Shown here: piece after piece, positions 1-17,775 of the stretch | Position numbering within the stretch: position 1 is the first letter of the stretch | How the letters are laid out: each line of letters begins with the position of its first letter | NCBI GenBank assembly: GCA_002269645.1 | Contig: NIVC01000227.1 | Span: 62,001 to 126,000, forward strand | DNA length: 64,000 bases | Origin: Macrostomum lignano | Taxonomy: Eukaryota | Direction of reading: 5' to 3' | Notes under the pieces: model-generated | The model's database searches: none | What the model was told of the DNA's origin: nothing | The model's input: only the letters and a program-made list of their open reading frames with translations | Translations under genes and position numbers: made by a program

Positions 1-600
1 CTGCTTCCGTCTCCCCCTCACCCCCATACCTCTGTCTCCCTCTCACCCAATCTCTGTCTCCCTCTCACCCCAATCTCTGTCTCCCTCTCACCCCAATCTC
101 TGTCTCCCTCTCACCCCGATTTCTCTGTCTCCCTCTCACCTGGATCTCTCTGTCTACCTCTCATCCCGATCTCTCTGTCTCCCTCTCACCTGGATCTCTC
201 TGTCTACCTCTCACCCCGATCTCTCTGTCTCCCTCTCACCCCGATCTCTCTGTCTCCCTCTCACCCCGATCTCTCTGTCTCCCTCTCACCCCGATCTCTT
301 TGTCTCTCTCTCACCCCAATCTCTGTCTCCCTCTCACCTCCAATCTCTCTATCCCTGGCTCCCTCTCACCTTCAATCTCTCTATCCCTGTCTCCCTCTCA
401 CCTCCAATCTCTCTATCCCTGGCTCCCTCTCACCTCTAATCTCTCTCTATCCCTGTCTTCTTCTCACCTCCAATCTCTCTACCCGTGTTTCCATCTCACA
501 TCTAATCTCTCCCTATCCCTGTCTCTCTCTCACCTCCAATCTTTTTACCTGCGTCTCCCTCTTACCTCAAATCTCTCTTTTACCCTGTCTCCCTCACACA
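1..600. repeat. CT-rich degenerate minisatellite (~24-25 bp unit, ccccgatctctctgtctccctctca-like), presumably inside an SGK intron
   Basis: Tandem units are visible directly. The array lies downstream (minus strand) of the last SGK exon seen at 1035-1071. Confidence 0.85.
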
Positions 601-1034
601 ATTCTCTCTGCTACTGTCTGGTACCAATTCTCGGACTTCCTGTCCACCACAAGTCAGCACCCGATCAAATAATGCCGCAGACACAAGAGACACAAGGACA
701 ATATGCATACTCGTAACATGCACACTAGGTCGAGCAGCCATCTATATGCAAATGAGAGAGGGCTTACAGAGAAACTTTCTGCCTCTACAAAATTCATATT
801 TCTATGCACTTGGCTACTAGGAAGTCGAAGAAATGCACTTTTCAAGCTGCTACAAAGTCGACTACTTTAAGTATAAAACTTAATTCAAAATGAAGTTGTT
901 CATCGGAGCATGAAAATGTTTTTGTACATTATCAAGGATTAGCTAGTTGATTGAACTAAGAGATTAGCAGGATAAAAAATGATTGAAGCTAACTGAACTC
1001 ATCATTTCGAGAGGTAGTGACAGTTGAAACTTAC

Positions 1035-5459
<4,425 letters not shown>

Positions 5460-6552
5460 TCTGTTGGCTTGTTATCGAAAATTTAAATAGTCTGCAATTA
5501 GACAACGAATTAATTTGCATAAATTGTATAATTGGGCGAAAAGTACAACTATACTGTACTTTTATTGAAATTATGGTTTGCAAGACTAAATTAATTATAT
5601 ATCACAAAGATACTTCAGTACGGCTGGTAGCGTCGATGAACTCAGAACCGAATTTAGGGTTCTAAATGAAGAAAATGTGAACTTTGTAAAATATCTATTT
5701 TTAGTAGTTGGACTAGCGCTTTTGACCCCCCTCTGGGGGCGGTACAGGACTGGTTCAAGGCACAATTAATCCTCTTGACTACAACAAAAGATTATTCTTG
5801 GGTCGCATATATCTTTAGTAAAGCCTCCCTCCTATTTGACTACTTTAGTATTGAAAACTAATAAAACAAATTAATAATGCGAATAGCCTTAGTGGCAATG
5901 AGTGGCAATTTTTGAGCACAGCTCAGTAACATGATTGTTCATGAGAATCTTCAGTCACCGTTAATGTTTTCAATAAACTTAGTACTTTATATTTGGTACA
6001 ATTAGTTTGCCAATTACAGCTTTGGTAAAATGAGGAACACGGTTCGATATTACTCTAACAACAGGAAGTTTGATTCGAAAAGGCAGCCTGAATAGTGCAG
6101 AACAAACGGAGCAATAATTTTACCGCATGGATAAATTTTAGCAGCAATCAGCATAACAGTTCGGGGCTCGAAAAATGCAAAGGAAATACCGGTAGAAATA
6201 CTCACAAAGATAAATAGTGTTATTAGTAATAAAAAACTGCTGGCGCCAAGTTAGTAAACAAGAGCGAAACAACTTACCCAAAACTGCAAGAAAAAACGTT
6301 GCGGTTCACAAACTCGCTCGTATCAAAGACAAAAAGTTTATAATTAAAGTAGAAAACAGCACACCTTGCTATAATCTAATCTGGATCAATAGTTGTATCT
6401 TATTATATTAGCACGGCAAGGGCACGTTGATAAAGCCAAGCTGGTGCTAAAATTCTCAATTAAAAGGCTCAAAAGCAGATCTAATTCAGTACCCAGAAGA
6501 CACCGTTTAGCTGTGTCACTCAGACCTCTGTCCCGCTCTCAATCTCGCAAAG

Positions 6553-9500
6553 TCAATCTGATTGGCCGGGCCAAACTCTGTAGGTCCTGCGCCAGCTCGA
6601 ATCGATTCCGGCCAGATAGTGGGTGCCACCGCGGAGGCCGCCGAACCGGGGCGATTCAGCAGAGTAGGGCTCGGGCTCTGCGGGAGGGTGGGGCAGACGG
6701 CTGACAGGTGCCGAATCTGTTGGACTAAGCCAGCTAAAGCACAAAACCTTCTGCTAGAAATGCAGGTCTTCGGTTGTCAGTATTTGTGTGGGAAAGGTCC
6801 CTGTCTGTGGGTTCTCTCTTTATAACTGAATTTTTATTAGTATTAATGAGGCATAAGCACTGAATCAATTAATGTATCATTGTGCTGACCGGTCATTTGG
6901 GTCATAATGCTGACCGGTCATTTAGGTCATAATGCTGACCGGTCATTTGGGTCATAATGCTGACCGGTCATTTGGGTCATAATGCTGACCGGTCATTTGG
7001 GTCATAATGCTGACATGTCATTTGGGTGATAGTGCTGACGGGTTATTTGGGTCATAATGCTGACAGGTCATTTGGGTCATAGTACTGACAGGTCATTTGG
7101 GTCATAGTACTGACAGGTCATTTGGGTCATAGTCCTGATGGGTCATTTGGGTCATAATGCTGACAGGTCATTTGGGTCATAGTCCTGATGGGTCATTTGG
7201 GTCATAATGCTGACCGGTCATTTGGGTCATAGTGCTGACAGGTCATTTAGGTCATAGTGCTGACAGGTCATTTAGGTCATAATGCTGACAGGTCATTTAG
7301 GTCATAGTGCTGACAGGTCATTTAGGTCATAATGCTGACCGGTCATTTGGGTCATAGTGCTGACAGGTCATTTGGGTCATAATATTTACAACTATAGGTT
7401 ATTAGACATAGGTTCTATGAATAATAAGCAAAATGGTCATCTAGGCTATACAAAGTGTATTGTGTCAGACGATATACAAAGCAATACAATTGACTACAAA
7501 AGCAAATTTACAAGAGCAAATTCAATGCAGACAGGAAATGGGAAATAAGAAAAGTTTTGACTAAGTTTGAGAGCAGAGCAACGAGCAAGTGAAAAAAACG
7601 GTCTTTTGCTTAAATAGGCCTTGCTTCCTGTCTGCCAGGCTGCTTCATTTAGCACACGGCTTGGAGAAGAAATTCTACAGCACCTTTAGTGTCACAGCTC
7701 TTACCTTGCGGCCAGCAGAGAAATTCTTTGATAATGACCTGCCAACCGTCCCACAGCCCGTTCTTAACTTATTAAGGACAGATTGATTTTTATGCCTTCA
7801 GGTGCCGACTCTAAACTGATTTGAAGGCCGATTCAAAACTGATTTGAAGGCCGATTCAAAAAACTGATTTGAAGGCCGATTCAAAAAACTGATTTGAAGG
7901 CCGATTCAAAAAAAACTGATTTGAAGGCCGATTCTAAACTGATTTGAAGGCCGATTCTAAACTGATTTGAAGGCCGATTCTAAACTGATTTAGAAGTCGG
8001 TTATCAAGTGATTTTAAAGCCAATTATCAAAAAAGTGATTTTAAAGCCAATTATCAAGTGATTTTAAAGCCAATTATCAAGTGATTTGAAGGTCAATTAT
8101 CAAGTGATTTGAAGGTCAATTATCAAGTGATTTGAAGGCCGATTCTAAACTGATTTGAAAGCCGGTTATCAAGTGATTTGAAAGCCAATTATCAAGTGAT
8201 TTTAAAGCTGATTATCGAGTGATTTGAAGGCCGATTATCAAGTGATTCGAAGGCCGATTATCAAGTGATTTGAAAGCCGATTATCAAGTGATTTGAAGGC
8301 CGATTATCAAGTGATTTGAAGGCCGATTATCAAGTGATTTGAAAGCCGATTATCAAGTGATTTGAAGGCCAATTATCAAGTGATTCGAAGGCCGATTTTC
8401 AAGTGATTTGAAGGCCGATTTTCAAGTGATTTGAAGGCCAATTATCAAGTGATTTAAAGCCGATTATCAAGTGATTTGCAGGCCGATTATCAAGTGATTC
8501 AAAGGCCGATTTTCAAGTGATTTGCAGGCCGATTATCAAGTGATTCGAAGGCCGATTTTTAAGTGATTTGAAGGCCGATTATCAAGTGATTTGAAGGCCG
8601 ATTATCAAATGATTCAAAGGCCGATTTTCAAGTGATTTGAAAGCCGATTATTAAGTGATTTGAAAGTCAATAATCAAGTGATTCGAAGGCGCCCCTGCGA
8701 ACAGACTGGCTAACTAGCTATAACTCACTTTTGGCGTAGGCTTCCTCGCGCTCCTGCAACACCCGGTGAAACTCTTCCGGGGTAACTTTCTTCCTGTCGT
8801 CCAGCCAGCCAGTCACGTGACTCAACGAGCCAATCAGCTGGGCCAAGCGGTGCGGATCATCTGTGCAGGTCACTGAGAACATGGCCGCCGCTAGGCCGGA
8901 GCCGTAGGAGAAAAGCGCGATTCTTTGGCCTGCCAGCTCGCTTGGGGAGGCTCTGTGGGAGTTGAAGTAAGAAAACAAGTGAGTGAGCTGCTTCTGAGCT
9001 GGTTTATAAGTGATCAAGTTTGTGAGTTTATGACTGATTTCATGGGTTTATGAGCGATCAAGTTTGTGAGTTTGACTGATTTCATGGGTTTATGAGTGAT
9101 CAAGTTTATGAGTTTATGACTGATTTTATAGGTTTATGAGTGATCAAGTTCCTGAGTTTATGACTGATTTCATGGGTTTATGAGTGATCAATTTCCTAAG
9201 TTTATCAGCGGGTTCATGAGTGAGTTTATGTGTTAATAAGTTCCTGACTTCATGAGTGAGTTCATGAGCGAGTCCATGACTGGGTTCAAGAATTAATGAG
9301 CAAGTTCATAACTAATTTAAACACTACAAGCGGGTTCGCGAGCCAGTCAGCACAGCGAATGCATAAACTAACAATGCGAAGGGCTGCTCACCCGATGAGG
9401 CAGGACACGAGGCTGGCGTACACAGACGGGGTGTACATATTGCCAGTGCGGCGTGCCAGCAGCAGACAGGGGCTGGCCTGCTCGTCAAACTGGCCTTGCG

Positions 9501-12500
9501 AAGCTTTTAAACAGACAGACTCGAACTCTTTGCTGGACCGGGATTGCTCCAGGGTGAGGCTTCTGCAAGTGTGTGGATGATGAAGTAGAGCAATTATGAA
9601 CCCGCTAGCGGTGTCCTGTTACTGAAATCTCTCACTTTGCTTAGGAGGGAATCTCTCACTTTGCTTAGGAGGGAATCTCTCACTTTGCTTAGGAGGGAAT
9701 CTCTCACTTTGCTTAGGAGGGAATCTCTCACTTTGCTTAGGAGGGAATCTCACGTTGCTTAGGAGGGAATCTCTCACTTTGCTTAGGAGGGAATCTCTCA
9801 CTTTGCTTAGGAGGGAATTGTTCACTTTGCTTAGGAGGAGAATTTCTCACTTTGCTTACCGAGGGGAATTTCTCACTATGCTTACAGAGGGAATCTCTCA
9901 CTTTGCTTACGGAGGCCGGAGGGGAATTTCTCATTTTGCTTAGGAGGGAACCTCTTACTTTGCTTAGGAGGAGAATTTCTCACTTTGCTTACCGAGGGGA
10001 ATTTCTCACTTTGCTTAGGAGGGAATCTCTCACTTTGCTTAGGAGGGAATCTCTCACTTTGCTTAGGAGGGAATCTCTCACTTTGCTTAGGAGGGAATCT
10101 CTCACTTTGCTTAGGAGGGAATCTCACGTTGCTTAGGAGGGAATCTCTCACTTTGCTTAGGAGGGAATCTCTCACTTTGCTTAGGAGGGAATTGTTCACT
10201 TTGCTTAGGAGGAGAATTTCTCACTTTGCTTACCGAGGGGAATTTCTCACTATGCTTAGGAGGGAATCTCTCACTTTGCTTAGGAGGGAATCTCTCACTT
10301 TGCTTAGGAGGGAATCTCTCACTTTGCTTAGGAGGGAATCTCTCACTTTGCTTAGGAGGGAATCTCTCATTTTGCTTACGGAGGGAATTTTTCACTTTGC
10401 TTACAGAGGGGAACTTTTTGCTTAGGAGGGAATTTTTCACTTTGCTTACAGAGGGGAACTTTTTGCTTAGGAGGGGAATTTTTCACTTTGCTTACAGAGG
10501 GGAACTTTTTGCTTAGGAGGGGAATTTTTCACTTTGCTTACAGAGGGGAACTTTTTGCTTAGGAGGGGAATTGTTACTTTGCTTACAGAGGGGAACTTTT
10601 TGCTTAGGAGGGGAATTTTTCACTTTGCTTACAGAGGGGAACTTTTTGCTTAGGAGGGACATTTCTCACTTTACTTAGAATTCTAAGGAATTCTGGAAAT
10701 TCTTTTCTAGAAATTTTAAAGAATTTCTCACTCTACTTAGAAGGGGAATTTCTTACATTGTATGTTTAGGAAGGGAATTTCTCACATGCTAGAGGGAAAT
10801 TACCAACAGTTTTAACAGCTGAACAAAGTAAAATAAAGGTTAATTAAATACTTCTCCTCACTCAAAACCGGCGAAGCATTTATCAATGCCGTTGCCAGGG
10901 CCGCCATGTTTCTGCCGCAGCGCGCAGTCCAGATAGGCAAGCCGGGCGAAGGATTTTTGAACCAGGCGGCTAAACGGCGTGTGAAAGCAGTAGTAGCGGG
11001 GCTGCTTCGCTGACAGAATGTCGGTGCCGTCTGCAAAAACGCAGATAAGAGCGCAGTTTTAAAAGTATCGATTTAAGAATACTCTAGAATATGCTCACAA
11101 CGCTAATTCTCAGGTCATTTGACCCATTTCCCGGTTATAAGCTAGTTTATTAACACAAAATTAACACAACACAAACACAAGATAACAAGATATTTGAAGG
11201 CTGAGTTTCACTTAATTTGGAAGGCTGATCTTCAATTTATCTGAAGGCCGATACCCAGATTATTTGAAGGCCGATGCCCAGATTATAGAAGGGCCGATAC
11301 TCAGATTATTTGAAGGCCGATGCCCAGATTTTTTGAAGGCCGATCCCCCAGATTATTTGAAGGCCGATACCCAGATTATTTGAAGGCCTATACCGAGACT
11401 ATTTGAAGGCCGATACCCAGATTATTTTAAGGCCGATGCTCAGATTATTTGAAGGCCGATACCCAGATTATTTGAAGGGCGATACCCAGAGTATTTGAAG
11501 GCCGATACCCAGATTATTTTAAGGCCGATTTTCTAAGTATTTTAAGGCCGATTGTCAAATTTTTGAAAGCATTTTTTCAGAGTATGTTGAAGGCTGATTT
11601 TGACATTTTAACGACTCATTCTCATGCTATTTAACGGTGGTTTTTATATACTTAGAAGGCTTGTTTTGAATCAAGACGGAACATTGATCGATATATCGAT
11701 ATAAAAAAGCCATAAAAAAGCCATAAGAGCCAAACACGCACTAACCCGCCTTGGCCAGCTGCTCTCTAAACAGCATATAGCAGGAGTCCAGCGCGGACAG
11801 GTAGCAGCGAACGCTCGCTTGGCCGTCAACCGTGGCGTACTCGCTACTCGGATCCGGCTTATAGAAATCGAACTCGTGAGTCATGTGCAGCGCCCGAACT
11901 CGACTGTCGAATACCAGAGGCGCGTCCGGCCCGAGCAGGATGGCAACGGCGCCGGCGCCGCCCGTACAGCGCGCTGGTCCGCGCGCGTACACAGCGATGT
12001 CCGAGCAGACCACCAGGGCCAGCCGGCCGTCGCAGTAGCTGGACTCCAGCCAGTTGACAGCGTGGAACAGGGCCTTAGCGGGACAGATAGGCTGGGCTGG
12101 TTATTAGTTATCAGGTGTGGGCAGTCGCATGGAGTTAGTCGACCTGGCCACCGTAAATTGTGGTGGACCAAGGGTAAGTCGCAAAAATGGCCACCAAAAA
12201 AAGAATACAAGTGTACTACTTATTAGATGACGAGGCATTTATGCTTAATAATACAGTCATAGTTACTCCTGCTGTTTACCCGAAATTGCGTTAATTTTTG
12301 CTTTACGTTTCTTTTATAGGTAAGTCGTATTTTTGGTCAAAAAGTAAGTCACACGGTCTGTGTAAATCAGGGGGTTGCGCATGCATGATAAAGTGAACAG
12401 GGAGACGTAGCCTAAGCAGTCAAGTGCGGCGCTCTGATCCTCCAGCGGTCCAGGCTCGATTCCAAGTGCAGTAAAATTAATTTGAGGCTAAATTGGAAAC

Positions 12501-13037
12501 GGTACCTAGGCCAAGAAGAGTTACAGAGTCAATTGCGTTGGTTTCAGAGTGACTGTGACTGTAAACGACAAGATTTCACGGTACAAGTGACTCTTTGATT
12601 ATTTATTAATCATTTTTATAACTTGTATATTGTATTGCCACATACCTGATAGAATCAGTATTGCCACATACCTGAGTCCCGCCGAAGCAAGCATTTTTAA
12701 CGTCAACGCCTTCTATACGCGAATTGTCTCCAAACAGCTGCATCAGGTAGGTCTTTGTACTTTTAGACTTGTCAATCAGGGTCTCTGTACCGACCTCCAG
12801 GAAGCCAATTTGATGAGTAGAGATCTTATTTCGCTGCAGCAGGTTCTGAGTAACGGTCAGAGCCATGGAGTTGACATCTTCATCGGGATAGCAGAAGCCA
12901 AGCTGGGCCTGGCCCAGCCCGATGGTGTACTTGCCAGCGGACACTCCATCAAACTGCTCAAGCTCGGCCTGATCGCAGTACTGATTAGGAAAGTAAATCT
13001 CAAGAGCCAAGATGCCAATATTGCTTGGTTGCTGCAT
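6553..13037 (-). CDS. HMGCS1: Hydroxymethylglutaryl-CoA synthase (cytosolic type), ~460 aa, 6 exons
   Basis: Exons 13037-12672, 12073-11746, 11030-10862, 9562-9392, 8952-8729 and 6677-6553 are phase-compatible (1383 nt including stop). Motifs: [20 protein letters not shown] (catalytic Cys), [47 protein letters not shown]. Confidence 0.95.
6880..7385. repeat. 25-bp minisatellite (tgctgaccggtcatttgggtcataa)
   Basis: Tandem units in the last HMGCS intron. Confidence 0.9.
7800..8690. repeat. ~23-bp minisatellite (aagtgatttgaaggccgattatc)
   Basis: Tandem units in the last HMGCS intron. Shares the core tttgaaggccgat with the 11190-11600 array. Confidence 0.9.
9000..9300. repeat. ~45-bp degenerate minisatellite (tgagtgatcaagttt..tgagtttatgactgatttcatgggttta)
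   Basis: Tandem units in HMGCS intron 8953-9391. Confidence 0.75.
9620..10800. repeat. ~24-bp minisatellite (ctcactttgcttaggagggaatct)
   Basis: Tandem units in HMGCS intron 9563-10861. Source of the [16 protein letters not shown] ORFs. Confidence 0.9.
11190..11600. repeat. 23-bp minisatellite (tttgaaggccgatacccagatta)
   Basis: Tandem units in HMGCS intron 11031-11745. Confidence 0.85.
12140..12395. repeat. Interspersed repeat, with an inverted copy at ~14630-14885 and a partial copy at ~14410-14530
   Basis: The reverse complement of tttttggtcaaaaagtaagtcac..gtgtaaatcagggggttgcgcatg aligns by eye with tgcacaacccccctgatttacac..cttactttttgaccaaaaatgtgacttacc. Confidence 0.7.
12401..12500 (+). 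mobile_element. Diverged tRNA-derived SINE head (same family as 27896-28260)
   Basis: A-box-like gtagcctaagcag, plus ccaggctcgattccaagtgcagt..ttaatttg.ggct shared with the full-length copy. Confidence 0.6.
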
Positions 13038-16000
13038 GATTATTGATTTTTTCTCTTTTCTCTCATCAATTATTTTACAGAATTACTGAAGTAGATGAGA
13101 ATCAAAAAATATATACATAAATTAAATTTTTTCCCTAGAAATTTCTCTCCTAAGTTCACTACTTTAAGTAGCAATGAAGTAAATGCAATAATAGATAATA
13201 ACTAATAGATAATTATATTAACAGAATCTTTGTTAAAAAGTTCTGTAGATACTTGTATTAACAAAGGCAAAGGTAGGGGTCATAACAACTACAGATAGAT
13301 AACCACTAAAATTTTAAATCGCAACTTTCAAATTGCTAACAAAATAATTAAGAACAAAATATGATAGTATATACATGGTGATAAGAAAATTAGTCTGCAG
13401 CACTAAAGTATTGTCTCTAGTGAATGAATTACTGTGTTTTGTTTAGAGACTATAAACATAGACCATTATAGAGATGTAGTATATTGTGATTGCCTAGAAA
13501 AAAGTTCTATTGTGCCTGATTATATTAGTATATCAACATTGACTATAAATGATAATCATAGATATGCTATTGGATATTATTTCATATTATGACTCATTAT
13601 AATTTTAATCACTTTTTTGTACCAACTGATTAAAACAGAGTTAATTAGTTAAGATCTTAATATTTTCACATTCAATAATACAATGGAGATTTTAAGTCCA
13701 TAGAGTCAATGACACAAAAAAGATTTTTAATATCATAGGTAAAGGGTGCAGTTAGGATAATGGGAGGCTTAAGTTGAGATAATTGTAGTCTATAGTTATT
13801 TTGTACAACAAATAAATAAGCTATTATTTAGGTTATAGATTAAACCTTAGAAAAATAATAAATCTAGCTAGAAATATAAACTTACATAAGCAACCTAATA
13901 AATCACTTAGATATTTTTATTGGCAACACACGATGCATATGTTGCTAATAAAAATGGCCAGGAGAATCCCAAGGCATTTTGGTTGCAATAGAACTCTATT
14001 ATTTATTTATCAACTTATTTGTATAAAACCTATGAATAAATAAAATCTAGACCTATAAAAGTCTATCATAAAATATACAAAGAAATAAATTATTACAATG
14101 GTAGAAAATAAATAATAAAATAGTATAATGCAACAAATGTCTTCTCAATAGTCCCAAACTATTCTTTGGTCTTACTTTGAAAAGTAATATTTGTTATATA
14201 TTAGAAATTTATAGTCATATTGAAGTTACGGCTAACAGGCTAAGCTTAGTTAAGACAGTATTAGAATTAGAAACACTAATATTATTGATGCAATTAATGC
14301 AATTAAGATTTTTTGAACTATTGTTTTAAGAATTCTATATCTATATTGAAACTACTAGGCCTAGGCCTATCTAGGTATATATACAAAAATGCAACTTATT
14401 TTATATTGCCCATGTGGCTTACTTTTTGACCAAAAATGTGACATATTTATAAAAAAACTATAGCAAAAATTAACAGGGCCTAATTAGTACTAAGTCTTAT
14501 TTTGGGTAGAAATTTATGCAACTATGTTGCACATATTATATGCTTAGATAGTTTAAGATACTAAATACCAGGGGTAGCATAGCCATAGGCCTAGTAAAGT
14601 TCAATTGGACAATTATTATATAATATAAACATACATGCACAACCCCCCTGATTTACACTGGCCATGCAACTTACTTTTTGACCAAAAATGTGACTTACCT
14701 GTGAAAAAACCCTAAAGCAAAATTAATGCAGTTTTGGATAAACGGTAGGAATAAATATAACTGTCTTATCAGGCCTATATGCCTTGGCATCTAATTAGTA
14801 CTAGGTCCATATTCTTTGGGATGGCATTTTTGCAACTTACCACTGGTACACCACAACTTACGGTAGCCAGATTAGCCAGGTTGGCCAGCAGTTGCGCATG
14901 TATAATATAAAGATAAATTAAGTTGACTAAAATTCAAATTAGGCCTATAAGTATAATAAAAAACATAGCTATACATTTTCAATCATTTTTACTTCTATAT
15001 TAAGCTTATAATATAATAAAAAATGCAGCCTTAATGCAATGGTATAATAAGTCTAATATTATCAATTTTATCTTTTTAGTTCCTTATAAGTTGTAAAGGT
15101 TGTTTGGCTTAGGCTAGATGTATATAGCAGTTGTAACAATGTAAGCAGATAGCTAGGGCTTTGCTAAGATTCAATTGGTTTTATTATTGGTGCCTTTCCC
15201 TGTGTATTAGCTAAGCAGTGAAATCATCACATTAACACTAAAGTCTATACTAGGCACTGCTAGACAGCTAGAGCATAGACAAGATACCAGATGCAGATAT
15301 ACCATAATCAAAATTAGTGAATTGATCTGATATAAATTGATAATAGGGCCTAAGTCTATAAACTTAATATAGAAAACAAGAGGCAAATCTAAATCAGCCC
15401 TCATTTAACTCCCGCCCTTCTTTGTATGTTTGCCACTTAGCCACCCTTAGGTGCTCACCACCTAAACTTTTGGGCTCCACCAATCACCCTCTCCTTTCAT
15501 TATTTGACTCCAAAGCCCCAAGTTGGCAATCCCCAAACACCAAAACCAAAAGCCTAGGCCTAGTCTTGTGTTTTGCACAGTTTTGATGAATGAAATTGAA
15601 AAGCTTGCTAGGCACATTCTTGTTGTGCCTGCCTACAAGTCCAGTGCAGTTTCTAAACATCTCTTCATTGTCTTCAGTGCTGAGGGACTCTTTGTCACTT
15701 TGTGACTCAGAAGAATAATTCTCAGTAATAATAATAATTCAAGGCTTTCAGCTGAAAATTTATAATAGCTTTTGTTCATCAAAGCTAATTTGAACTTGAA
15801 TTGAAGCTCTAAATATAGGGGCCTACTTAATGAATAATGACATTCTTGAATATTTTGAAAAAATATGAACAAAATAAAAACAGGATCTCAACTGCTGACT
15901 GCATGCTTGATTGCTTTGTTGGCTTCAAAATTTTGGGTCACTTTTGTGTTTTACTTTTGGGTATATATCAAATTTCAATTTTGGGTTTCAAGTGGTAGTC

Positions 16001-16092
16001 TACTAGTGGTAGTGGTAGTGGTAGACTACCTAGCAAAAATCATTTTTGGGCCATCTCTATTTAGGTCTACAACTATAGGCCTATTTATAATA

Positions 16093-16687
16093 GGCAGTGC
16101 TTATCCCCACGGTACCGTAGGAATAATTTCTGTCTTATTCCAACGGTACCGTGGGGATAATTTTCTGCTTATCCGCACGGCACACTGACGAGATAGCTGC
16201 CTATCCTCTACATATGCCGTGGGTTCATAATTTAGTTTAGTACTTACGGTTTAAGTGCAATATAACAACATAACTTTGCTTGGCTATTATTTTGATAGAA
16301 GTAAAGATTTAATGGCCTTGTTACGCAAAAAAACACTTTTTTGTATTTATGACGTATGATTTAAGATAAATTGCTCTAGTAATTGTTTACAATTTAAGAA
16401 CTTTTAGCAACTAGTCTTTAAATCCCGACATCCCTGAAAAGTCCATTGCCGCTGCTTCTGTAGACTTCTTACTAGACATGTAAATTCTCAATTTGTTTGT
16501 ATAGATTATTGCATTGCTTCAACAATTCACCCGTGCGGATAAGCAGAAAATTATTCCCACGGCATATGTAGAAGATGGGGCAGCTATCTCGTCAATGTGC
16601 CGTGCGGATAAGCAGAAAATTATCCCCACGGTACCGTTGGAATAAGACAGAAATTATTCCTACGGTACCGTGGGGATAAGCACTGCC
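16093..16687. mobile_element. Non-autonomous DNA transposon (MITE) with ~130-bp TIRs, GG..CC ends and 8-bp TSD TTATAATA
   Basis: The left TIR ggcagtgcttatccccacggtaccg.. (16093-~16222) is near-identical to the reverse complement of ~16556-16687. TTATAATA occurs at 16085-16092 and 16688-16695. Confidence 0.9.
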
Positions 16688-17775
16688 TTATAATAAATAT
16701 ACATTTTTGCTTTTTAAACTTGTCTTTGAAGCAAATCCTTGATTCCTTAATCTAACAACGTTCCCCATCGTTCCTCACGACCTCAGGTGACGTTAGGCTA
16801 AATTAAAGTGAAAATTAAAATGAAACATGTTAATAACAATACAAAAGCGGTCCAGAATTTCGTTGGTCTTTTAGTATCTGTTGGTCTGTATTAACTTTTA
16901 GTAGGAGAGTAAGGACTGACGACGTAATGCATGCACTGCCCGCATGTGATAACGAATGAAAGTTAAACATAAATTTATTATATATTTCAAACTAATAAAC
17001 GTTTTCTGTTGCTTAAATTACAAATTTAATTTAGTTTTGTAGCATATTCACTTACAAACTGTAAAGTATTTGTTTGAAAAGGTGTTGCTTAGAACAACAG
17101 TTTTTAAGATTTTCAATATGCGAATCCAAGTCTTTATCTACAAAAACGGTTGCTATTTTCGCTTTTCTAACATTTTGGTTAGCAGACCACTGATCATTAA
17201 CCTAAACAGGATAGCTGCTATGACAGAGTAAGCACATATTTGCTTTGTGTTTTTCTATCTTCCTCTGCTAGCAACGATTTTTTATTCCCATAAAAGCCAA
17301 GCCATATTACTTATTGCTGTCCGTGCTAACAATGTATATTAAAACCATTTTCTGGACACGATTTCGCGAGGTTCTCGCGTTATTTCATAGTGCTATGGAC
17401 CCTTGTATATTTTTCTGCTGGTATCAGTTAATGACTGCTTTATCATCAAAGATCAAACTTTAGTCATATCATATGAGATTGTTTTCGAATTCATTTTTCT
17501 TAAATCAAAAGCATTTACCTACCTATAGCTAAATACATTTCTTCGGCTTGTATATGCACATGATCAATTTTAGTGTTTGATGAATAAAATTTTACCATAA
17601 AGATGATAAAGTATTCATACGACAGTGGTAAAACAAAAAAATTTCTGGAACATAATATAGTTTTATTAAAACAGCCAAAATTACTGTCTTTTCATAAATT
17701 GCCTACTTATTCGTTTTTTATTTCCATTACAAAGCCAATAAAACTGGATTTCTTCACTGCCGTATTAAATTTTAG

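Noticed and set aside
600-720. Possible next SGK exon (VLT..)
   Set aside because: It does not encode the expected GHIVLTDFGLCKE. The remaining kinase exons are presumably outside the window.
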